Below, one piece after another: positions 56,867 to 64,000 of a DNA stretch of 64,000 nucleotides. Source of the stretch: Candidatus Microgenomates bacterium. Lineage in GTDB: Bacteria; Patescibacteriota; Microgenomatia; UBA8517; JACQJR01. The position numbers and the translations under genes were made by a program. The stretch lies in assembly GCA_016204995.1 (NCBI GenBank), contig JACQJR010000001.1, forward strand, positions 305,132-369,131. Reading direction: 5' to 3'. The first letter of the stretch is position 1, and each line of letters starts with the position of its first letter. The notes below the pieces were generated by a model that was given only the letters and a program-made list of their open reading frames with translations, ran no database searches and was not told the origin of the DNA.

Positions 56867-57614
56867 ATTTTGTCAGAATAACCGGTCCGCTATCTAAAAT
56901 AGCCACAGTCTCTTCAAACAGTCCTCCCATTTTACCATCTTTCGTGCCCACTGTCCAGCCATCAGAACCTATAATAAGATCTGCTTTGCCTTGAGTATAA
57001 ATTACTTCTATTGCTATCACCATGCCCGGCTTTAAAAGGGGAGTTTCTTCAATTTCGCCGCTCAAAAGACAAGGCACCATCGGATCCTCATGCAGACTTT
57101 TACCCACTCCATGACCACAAAATTCATGCACTGGGCTGTATCCCGCTTTCTCCAAATTTTGCTGAATAGCCCTGGAAATATGACCCACGCGATTCCCTAC
57201 TCGCGCTTGTTTAATAGCCAGTTCCAACGTCTTTTTGCCAGTATTAATAAAACGTTCCACTTCCAGATCCACCGGAGGAACTGCCACACTAATAGCGGCA
57301 TCACTGTTAAACCCCCGGTAAAAAATACCGACATCAATACTGATTTTATCGCCCGGCTCTACTACTTGCTCACCAGGAATTCCATGTAACAAACCGTCAT
57401 TTTTGTTAATACAGGTGGCCCACTTATAATCTCGTACCCGCCTAAATGCCGGCGTACCTCCTTCTTTTTCTATTTCGGCCGTTGCTATTTTGTCCAATTC
57501 GGCAAAGGTTACGCCGGACCTGACCTGCTCCACTACTTTCTGTCTGACTTTGGCGAGTTTCTGACCCGCCTCCTTCATAATGGCAATTTCGGTGGGAGTT
57601 TTAATATTAATCAT
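56844..57614 (-). CDS. map: Methionine aminopeptidase type I
   Basis: HGIP, DVG..SDAA, GHGVG..HEDP, FEETV. Confidence 0.96.
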   Translation of the reverse strand: MINIKTPTEIAIMKEAGQKLAKVRQKVVEQVRSGVTFAELDKIATAEIEKEGGTPAFRRVRDYKWATCINKNDGLLHGIPGEQVVEPGDKISIDVGIFYRGFNSDAAISVAVPPVDLEVERFINTGKKTLELAIKQARVGNRVGHISRAIQQNLEKAGYSPVHEFCGHGVGKSLHEDPMVPCLLSGEIEETPLLKPGMVIAIEVIYTQGKADLIIGSDGWTVGTKDGKMGGLFEETVAILDSGPVILTKFDASRNI

Positions 57615-58150
57615 GAAATTAGTTGAAGCTGACGCAGCTGGGCCAGAATATCTTGGGCAATTATTTCAATCGTCGGCTCGCCGTCAATCTCCAATAATTT
57701 ATTTTGCGCCCGATAAAAATCCAGAACCGGCGCAGTTTGGTCATGGTAAATTTTAAGCCTGCCCGTAATAATCTCTTCTGTATCATCTCCGCGCTTGCGC
57801 AGTAACAATCTTTTAATATTCTCGCTATCGCGAACTCTTAAATAAACTACCAAATCAGGAGTAAAGGGTAAATTTTGAGCTTGATAGAGAGTCCGCGGCA
57901 CTCCATCAATCACAAAACCCTTTGTGTATTCCTCTTTAACTAATTCCTCACCTAACAGCTTAAGCGTTAAATCATCGGGAACCAACTGGCCGCTTTGCAC
58001 GACTGCTTTTACTTGTTCATTGGCTTCGCTTAATCTGCGCAGTAAATCCCCCATTTCAAGATGAGGCAAGTGCAAATAATCAGCCAACAACTGGGCCTGG
58101 GTAGATTTACCCGACCCCACCGGCCCCATAAAAACAAATTTATGATTCAT
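57611..58150 (-). CDS. adk: Adenylate kinase (short, no LID zinc domain)
   Basis: GPVGSGKSTQA, GQLVPD, IDGVPRT, RGDD. Confidence 0.95.
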   Translation of the reverse strand: MNHKFVFMGPVGSGKSTQAQLLADYLHLPHLEMGDLLRRLSEANEQVKAVVQSGQLVPDDLTLKLLGEELVKEEYTKGFVIDGVPRTLYQAQNLPFTPDLVVYLRVRDSENIKRLLLRKRGDDTEEIITGRLKIYHDQTAPVLDFYRAQNKLLEIDGEPTIEIIAQDILAQLRQLQLIS

Positions 58151-58162
58151 ATTTTGGAAATT

Positions 58163-58390
58163 TTAAGCCGTGGCAAAACCTCTGACATGGAGGATTTCAT
58201 TTCTTTCTATTGGACGGATATCTGAATTAGTTAAAGTTAAAACAGCCACGGTTTTGCCTTTGGCTGTTATAAATTCTACCTCTACTGCCTTAGTTGGATA
58301 AACATGAACCACAGTTCCAACATCCCCTTTCTTGAGGCCATGTTTTTCAATATTATGATTCAGAACCGCTGTATCTAATTCCTCAAACAT
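58163..58390 (-). CDS. DUF4926-family protein (putative antitoxin/immunity)
   Basis: ELDTAVL..GLKKGDVGTVVHVY..VEVEF. Confidence 0.85.
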   Translation of the reverse strand: MFEELDTAVLNHNIEKHGLKKGDVGTVVHVYPTKAVEVEFITAKGKTVAVLTLTNSDIRPIERNEILHVRGFATA

Positions 58391-58399
58391 ATGCTTTTA

Positions 58400-58732
58400 T
58401 TATACAGGATATACAGTCACAAATCTAAGTCTGGTCTGCCCTTTTTCTACAATCCATATTGTTCTTACCTTAACCGTTTTCCCAACAGGAGCATTTATTT
58501 CTCCATCAATAACATATTTTACGCCGTATTCTGACATAATTTCTTCTTTTACTGCCTCAACCCTTGCAATTTTGCGCAGGGTCTGTTCTAAAAGATCAAC
58601 TTTTGTTTTAGTAAAACCAACCTTGTGGAAAAATTTGGCCTTGAACCTGCCAGTAGAATGTGTTTCCGAAAGCACATAATTTAAGAGCTTCTCTTTAGAG
58701 ATTAAAACGTCCTCACATCGTGGAAGATGCAT
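58400..58732 (-). CDS. DUF6883-family protein (putative toxin/nuclease)
   Basis: ISKEKLLNYVL..H..GRFKAKFF..YGVKY..TIWI..RFVTVYP. Confidence 0.8.
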   Translation of the reverse strand: MHLPRCEDVLISKEKLLNYVLSETHSTGRFKAKFFHKVGFTKTKVDLLEQTLRKIARVEAVKEEIMSEYGVKYVIDGEINAPVGKTVKVRTIWIVEKGQTRLRFVTVYPV

Positions 58733-58849
58733 TGATATCTATTATTATACTATCAATTTAGCTTCGCAAAAGCACCTCTTGCGTGCCTATCAAATCACTA
58801 GTGTAGTTTAGTTTTTGATATGGTATAATTTAATCATTAGAGGCAATCT

Positions 58850-58884
58850 AGCCCCACGCGTTTTATGCGGTCGGGGCTTTTTTT
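58850..58884 (+). terminator. GC-rich hairpin plus T-tract about 20 nt after an extended -10
   Basis: AGCCCC..GGGGCT-TTTTTT; TGgTATAAT at 58821-58829. Confidence 0.6.
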
Positions 58885-58940
58885 ATGGAAAAATTAATTG
58901 CTTATTGCCTTTAAATACTTTTGCTTTCTAGCATTTTATT

Positions 58941-59183
58941 ATGCTGATAAATATGGAATATATTAATGTTAATAAATCTATAAGAATAACTAGGACTTTA
59001 AGTTATAAAGAAGCGCTAGAAATAGGCGTAAAGAGGTTTTTACTAGAAAGATTTTATTCTATAATCTATTTAGGTTTTCTGCTAATTTTAGTTTATATTG
59101 GAATATCGCTTGATATACCTATGGTAATTTTGGCATTATTATTTATTGGCGAGCACAAAACTAGCAAAATTGGGCAAAATTAG
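58941..59183 (+). CDS. Possible small membrane protein
   Basis: 80-aa, very AT-rich ORF with two hydrophobic segments. Confidence 0.4.
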   Translation: MLINMEYINVNKSIRITRTLSYKEALEIGVKRFLLERFYSIIYLGFLLILVYIGISLDIPMVILALLFIGEHKTSKIGQN

Positions 59184-59533
59184 GAATATTTTTGCAGTAG
59201 CTGTTTTAATTTATCAAGCAGTGGTTGGCGCCATTCAGCTTCCAATTGGGTTTTGATCAACTCAACAATTTCTCGGTCATTTTCAGGTAGTTTCCTACTT
59301 TCTAAGGTTTTGACTAGTGAGAGAATTTCATAGTCTTCCTCGTTAGGTAAAACATATCCCTTTTCTTCTTGTTTAGTTATACTGTATTTATCTCTAATTG
59401 CTACTTTTCTTTCTTTTAAGAGTTCTTGATATTCATTATCTTTTTCCAAAGTATTTCTTAATTCTTCACCCTTCAATCCCTGACTTAAATAATAATCTTC
59501 TATTTGCTGGAGTGATTTGGTCATTACTTTCAT
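59180..59533 (-). CDS. Hypothetical charged helical protein
   Basis: 117-aa ORF. Confidence 0.7.
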   Translation of the reverse strand: MKVMTKSLQQIEDYYLSQGLKGEELRNTLEKDNEYQELLKERKVAIRDKYSITKQEEKGYVLPNEEDYEILSLVKTLESRKLPENDREIVELIKTQLEAEWRQPLLDKLKQLLQKYS

Positions 59534-59595
59534 AGTATATCAGACATAGTAATTGTTCCGCAAAAAGAGTAAAATGGCAGAGAAAAATTAGTTTT

Positions 59596-60465
59596 ATGGG
59601 AACTCAAGATCTATTATCCCTTTTCAAAATTAATATTTTAAGAAACATCAAAATTTGGTTCCTAGTAACTATTTGTTTTATTGTATTGGTTAGTTACTCA
59701 AGGAACTTGCCTCAAGATTTCAAAGATTTTCTTTTAGATCCCTTTAATATCGTTATCTTACCACTTTCCATAATAACGGTAATATTATTACAAGGCATAT
59801 TTAAAATTTTTGTAAATTTAAGCAAAGGGGGGAATAAATATAGTTTTACTTTGAGAAGTTGGAACGAAGATTGGATATACAATGGGAAAACTAAAATCTT
59901 GTTAGACCCTGTAAGATTAAAAATAAATTCTTCGCGTGCAGGATGCCTTCTAGAGAAATACTTATGGAATAATTTCTCAATGAATTTCCAAATGAAATTT
60001 TTATATCACGAGCAAAACGAGCAAAATTTAGGAATTATCTTCCGGGCGGTAGATTTGGAAAATTATTTTATGCTAGAGATTATAAGAAAAACATCAGCAA
60101 TATGCGTCAAACCACATGTTAGATACCTAGGAATGTGGGAAATAATGAGTCAGGACGTTATTGGAGAGGTAGACCCATCTCAAGAGTGGCTTAAAATCTA
60201 TGTAACAGTAAATCGTACAGAAGTTAAGATATCAATAAAGGGAGTTGGGGAATATGAATGGTTTTTACCTACCCATGTTGACATAAATCATATAGAGGAT
60301 GGACCCAGAAAAAATAATTCTAATGAATTTGATGAAAAGGAGGTGGCTGCAAAAATAACTCTTTTACCAAAGATTGAATTTAGAAAATCTTTTGGCATGG
60401 TTGGATTTAGGGCACATTTAAATCAAGGAGCAGAGATTAAAAATTTGAATATTAGCAAAATTTAG
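59596..60465 (+). CDS. 2-TM protein with a concanavalin-A-like (DUF1080-like) domain
   Basis: NFSMNFQMK..LGIIFRA..NYFM..GMVGFR..EIKNLNI. Confidence 0.6.
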   Translation: MGTQDLLSLFKINILRNIKIWFLVTICFIVLVSYSRNLPQDFKDFLLDPFNIVILPLSIITVILLQGIFKIFVNLSKGGNKYSFTLRSWNEDWIYNGKTKILLDPVRLKINSSRAGCLLEKYLWNNFSMNFQMKFLYHEQNEQNLGIIFRAVDLENYFMLEIIRKTSAICVKPHVRYLGMWEIMSQDVIGEVDPSQEWLKIYVTVNRTEVKISIKGVGEYEWFLPTHVDINHIEDGPRKNNSNEFDEKEVAAKITLLPKIEFRKSFGMVGFRAHLNQGAEIKNLNISKI

Positions 60466-60527
60466 TAAATTTTATCTTAGGGTTTCTGGAATTAGTAGGA
60501 ATTACATAACTAATTACGTAGCACTAT

Positions 60528-61820
60528 TTAGCTGCTTTTCTTGCCCACATATCCTTCATAACGATGCATGGCAATTTGAGCTTCCAGTTGTTTAGTCAGT
60601 TCAATAATGACCGAAACCACGATTAAAATGCTGGTTCCTCCCAAAGCTACCGTGGTCAAACCAGTCGCCCTTTGTACTAGAAATGGCAAAATAGCGACCA
60701 ACGCCAAAAAGACCGCTCCCACCGAGGTAACCTTATATAATACTGAATTGAGGTAAGAGATGGTGGCCGAACCAGGCCGGACCCCCGGAATAAAACCGCC
60801 GTATTTAGCTAAATCTTCTCCTACCCGTTTGGGATTAAAAACCACGGCCGCGTAGAAAAAGGAAAAACCAACCACTAATAAGAAATAAGAGACGTTGTAC
60901 ATCAAGCCATCGGGAGAAAAAGCAGCCGCTAAATTCTGCGCCCACAATCCCAGTTGATTATCCAAGGCGCTGCCTAAAAATTGGCCAATCATGGTAGGAA
61001 ACAACACTAGAGAGATAGCAAAAATAATGGGGATGACTCCGGCCTGATTAACTTTCACCGGCAAATACGTTTGGGGACTGGCCATAGTTCCACCACGCAA
61101 TCGCCTGGCGTATTGAATGGGGACGCGGCGGGCCGCTTCATTCATCACCACCACTGCCACTACTACCAATAAAGTTAAGGCCGCAAAAATTAGTAAAGGA
61201 AAAATATTAGTCGCCTGTAAAACCGAGGTGGTCTGAGAAAAAATGACCGGAAAACGGCCGACAATGCCGGCAAAAATCAAAAGGGATATACCATTGCCAA
61301 TGCCGTATTCGGAAATTAACTCGCCAATCCACATTACGATAATGGTTCCTGCTGTCATGGTAATACAAAGTGCGATGATCCCCACGGGGGTTAATACATC
61401 AACAATCCCTTGCGATTTAAGTAAAAAATACATACCGAAGGCTTGCATGGCCGCCAGCGGCACAGTCAAAAAGCGGGTGTAGCGATTAATCTGGGCTCGG
61501 CCGCTTTCTCCTTCTTTAGACAATTCTTCTAATTTAGGAATCATAAAAGTAGCCATTTGCAAAATAATGGAAGCATTAATATAGGGATTAAGGCCCAAAG
61601 CCATGATGGAAAAGTTAGCCAGAGTGCCTCCGGAAAAAATATCAAGAAGTGACAATAAGGGGCTATTATTAAATAAATTGCGTAAAGCCGCCAGATCTAC
61701 TCCGCCGGCCGGAATATGGGCGATAAAACGGAAGACGACCAGCATCAAGACTGTAAAAATAATTTTGCGGCGGATGGCCGGATAGTGAAAGGCGCGAACT
61801 ATAATATCCAAAATCTTCAT
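60528..61820 (-). CDS. secY: Preprotein translocase subunit SecY
   Basis: [46 protein letters not shown]. Confidence 0.99.
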   Translation of the reverse strand: MKILDIIVRAFHYPAIRRKIIFTVLMLVVFRFIAHIPAGGVDLAALRNLFNNSPLLSLLDIFSGGTLANFSIMALGLNPYINASIILQMATFMIPKLEELSKEGESGRAQINRYTRFLTVPLAAMQAFGMYFLLKSQGIVDVLTPVGIIALCITMTAGTIIVMWIGELISEYGIGNGISLLIFAGIVGRFPVIFSQTTSVLQATNIFPLLIFAALTLLVVVAVVVMNEAARRVPIQYARRLRGGTMASPQTYLPVKVNQAGVIPIIFAISLVLFPTMIGQFLGSALDNQLGLWAQNLAAAFSPDGLMYNVSYFLLVVGFSFFYAAVVFNPKRVGEDLAKYGGFIPGVRPGSATISYLNSVLYKVTSVGAVFLALVAILPFLVQRATGLTTVALGGTSILIVVSVIIELTKQLEAQIAMHRYEGYVGKKSS

Positions 61821-62092
61821 CTTTTAGGGGTGATTACTTCTCTCTCTTTTATTTTAACTCTTTTCTCCTTGGGATGGGGCTTTAATTTACCTTTACCGCG
61901 CATCATGGGCAGTCTCTTAATCAAAGATTTCTTCATCTTGGTGCCGAAAAAATAAATGGAGATTTTACCACGTGACTTCTGTCCTTTTTGACCGCGGCCG
62001 ACCGTATGGCTGCCTTTACCAGAACCCATGCCCCGACCGACTCGCTTTTTGCCGCGCGTTACTAATTTTGGTAATTTATGCGGTTGCAACAT
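61817..62092 (-). CDS. rplO: 50S ribosomal protein L15, short form
   Basis: [26 protein letters not shown]; only 91 aa. Confidence 0.93.
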   Translation of the reverse strand: MLQPHKLPKLVTRGKKRVGRGMGSGKGSHTVGRGQKGQKSRGKISIYFFGTKMKKSLIKRLPMMRGKGKLKPHPKEKRVKIKEREVITPKR

Positions 62093-62576
62093 GTTTATTT
62101 TGCACCTCTCTTTTATTTCTCACGAGTTTGGCTATATTTTCTAGAGCCTTCATGATGGCATAAACGTTGGAAATTTTATTATTAGTTCCCAGTATCTTGC
62201 CGACTACGTCGCGGATTCCGGCCACTTTAAAAACCACCCTTAAAGGACCGCCGGCAATAATACCAGAACCGGCTGGTGCCGGTTTAATCAAAACTTTGGC
62301 TGCTCCTAATTTCACCATTTCTGAACAAGGTACAGTAGTCCCCACTAAAGGAACTTTAATGGCATGTTTTTTGGCGGACTCGGTAGCTTTTCTAATGGCA
62401 TTAACCACGTCAGGTGCTTTACCCAAACCTAAACCAACTTTTCCTTTGCCATCTCCGGCCACGACCAGCGCCGCAAAGCGCATCTGATTGCCTCCAGCAG
62501 TCTTCTTTGACACCCGGTTGATTTGAATAACTACTTCTTCAAATTCCCGCGCTACTTGTGAATAGTTATTATTCAT
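62076..62576 (-). CDS. rpsE: 30S ribosomal protein S5
   Basis: INRVSK..GG..F.ALVV.GD..PA..GSGIIAGG. Confidence 0.98.
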   Translation of the reverse strand: MNNNYSQVAREFEEVVIQINRVSKKTAGGNQMRFAALVVAGDGKGKVGLGLGKAPDVVNAIRKATESAKKHAIKVPLVGTTVPCSEMVKLGAAKVLIKPAPAGSGIIAGGPLRVVFKVAGIRDVVGKILGTNNKISNVYAIMKALENIAKLVRNKREVQNKHVATA

Positions 62577-62911
62577 TAAAACTTCAATCCTCCTTCCCGG
62601 GCCCCTCGGGCCAGTTCCGCAATACGGCCATGAAACTGGTAAGGTCCCCGATCAAAAACCACTTTAGTTATTTTTTGTTCTTTGGCCTTCTGGCCTAGCA
62701 GTTTACCAACCTCGTAAGCCGTCTCTTTTTTGTTTATGCTTTCTTTTGATTTTAATTCTTTAGAGGAAGCCGCCGCTAAAGTCTCGCCTTTAGCATCATC
62801 AATTATTTGCGCCCAAATATGACGATTAGATCTAAAAACCGATAAACGTGGTAAGTTACGTCCTAATTTAGCACGAGTTTTGACTGCTCTGGTAATTTTA
62901 GCTTGGATCAT
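62576..62911 (-). CDS. rplR: 50S ribosomal protein L18
   Basis: PRLSVFRSN, VVFDRG..FHGRI..AREGGLKF. Confidence 0.98.
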   Translation of the reverse strand: MIQAKITRAVKTRAKLGRNLPRLSVFRSNRHIWAQIIDDAKGETLAAASSKELKSKESINKKETAYEVGKLLGQKAKEQKITKVVFDRGPYQFHGRIAELARGAREGGLKF

Positions 62912-62916
62912 AAAAG

Positions 62917-63462
62917 TTATGCCGCACCCCCTGCCGCACCTTTAGCCGCTTTGCCGGCTTTCTTTCTGACAATTTCTCCTTCATAACGGATTCCTTTACC
63001 TTTATAAGAGTCTGGTGGGCGAACATCGCGAATTTTAGCTGCTACCTGTCCCACCAAATATTTATTGACTCCGGCCACTTTAATTTTACTTTGTGCAACA
63101 GCGAAACTAATGCCTTCTGGCGCGACAATCTCTACCGGATGAGAAAAGCCCAGAGAAAGCGTTAATTTTTTGCCGTCTGTCGCCGCCCGATAGCCGGTGC
63201 CGACAATTTCCAGATTTTTCTCCCAGCCACTATTTACTCCATAAACAGCATTGGCAATTTCTGATCGGATGCGACCAAAATTGATCATATCTTCACCCTC
63301 TGTCTTAACGGTAGCTATATTATCAGTTAATGACAATTCTACGCCGGACGTCATACTCACTTTTTCTTCCCCTTTAGGACCAACCACAGTTACCACAGAA
63401 CCCGCTATATCTAGCTTTACCCCCTCGGGAATTAAAATTGGTTTTTTACCGATTTTAGACAT
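62917..63462 (-). CDS. rplF: 50S ribosomal protein L6 (start corrected to 63462)
   Basis: MSKIGKKPI, GTGYRA, LGFSH, PDSYKGKGIRY. Confidence 0.98.
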   Translation of the reverse strand: MSKIGKKPILIPEGVKLDIAGSVVTVVGPKGEEKVSMTSGVELSLTDNIATVKTEGEDMINFGRIRSEIANAVYGVNSGWEKNLEIVGTGYRAATDGKKLTLSLGFSHPVEIVAPEGISFAVAQSKIKVAGVNKYLVGQVAAKIRDVRPPDSYKGKGIRYEGEIVRKKAGKAAKGAAGGAA

Positions 63463-63490
63463 AATTATTATAATAGTGAGCCTAGTCGAA

Positions 63491-63853
63491 CTACCAGATT
63501 TCGGCCAAGACCTCCCCTCCAATATTTTTTTCGCGAGCCTGACGGCTAGTGATAACACCGAGAGGCGTGGACATAATAAACATACTAAATTTACCCTTGG
63601 ATGTTTTAAGCTCGTGAACCGCTTTATAAACCCGCAGGCCTGGTTTAGAAATCAACTTCAGGCCGGCAATCCGGCCAGCTCCCAAAGTTAACACCAGCTT
63701 GTTATCCTGTTTTTTAGCCTCAATCAGATAACCGCTAGCAACCAGAGCCTTGCTAATACTTTCCTTAAAACGAGAATAAGGCACTGTCGCCGAATCATGA
63801 CCAGCCAGCGCTGCGTTTTTAATTCTGATAAAAAAATTACTTATTTGATCCAT
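63491..63853 (-). CDS. rpsH: 30S ribosomal protein S8
   Basis: RIKNA, ISKPGLRVY, STPLG..GGEVL. Confidence 0.97.
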   Translation of the reverse strand: MDQISNFFIRIKNAALAGHDSATVPYSRFKESISKALVASGYLIEAKKQDNKLVLTLGAGRIAGLKLISKPGLRVYKAVHELKTSKGKFSMFIMSTPLGVITSRQAREKNIGGEVLAEIW

Positions 63854-63859
63854 AATTTT

Positions 63860-64000
63860 TTACCAAGAGGCTTTTCTCACCCCTGGTATTTCACCTTTCA
63901 AAGCCGCCTCCCTAAAACATAATCTGCATAAACCAAAAAGTCTGATATAAGCTCGGGCCCGACCACAGATGGCACAGCGATTATGATATCGCACTTTATA
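63860..64000 (-). CDS. rpsN: 30S ribosomal protein S14, zinc type (5' truncated by the window)
   Basis: ..[46 protein letters not shown]. Confidence 0.97.
   Translation of the reverse strand, partial: YKVRYHNRCAICGRARAYIRLFGLCRLCFREAALKGEIPGVRKASW

Noticed and set aside
4145-63691. Numerous 60-150-aa ORFs antisense to, or out of frame within, housekeeping genes
   Set aside because: They are shadow ORFs with no motifs or independent expression signals.
1-64000. Alternative genetic code (UGA=Gly, as in Gracilibacteria/Absconditabacteria)
   Set aside because: Conserved genes are full length under code 11, and several end at TGA (e.g. cca, map, adk).

Overview
This 64 kb window looks like a chromosomal segment from a reduced-genome Patescibacteria (CPR) bacterium, probably Microgenomates. 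That call is inferred from gene content: no L30 in the spc operon, a short L15, an archaeal-type short AspRS, an RNase Y without a membrane anchor, and many CPR-type hypothetical genes. The genetic code is standard code 11. Most of the window is housekeeping: secA, serS/lysS/greA, lon, gltX, aspS, recJ, cca, secDF, comM, rnpB, miaA, rny-recX-recA, and the end of the spc/alpha ribosomal cluster. Three tRNAs and scattered single accessory genes are also present. No transposase, integrase or CRISPR array is visible. The main unexplained structure is several families of tiny repeated elements inside and between essential genes. (1) An 18-bp palindrome, CCTGCCTGCGCAGGCAGG, occurs free, nested inside itself, as clean 36-bp in-frame insertions in serS and lysS, and as a helix of RNase P RNA. 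(2) A ~90-100-bp structured spacer in three copies fills the whole stop-to-start gap before secF, rpmJ and rpsM and ends in a hairpin-sequestered Shine-Dalgarno. (3) Arrays of 4-5 heptamer or octamer units are read in frame in secA, gltX, recJ, cca, miaA and rplM. (4) An identical 22-nt hairpin is used twice in RNase P RNA. Three enzymes carry altered catalytic motifs (RNase Y HD->CD, a LepB paralogue K->G, an APH-like kinase), and a homing-endonuclease-like gene follows a tRNA-Pro with a non-canonical T-loop. All family assignments come from motif recognition by eye; no searches were run.
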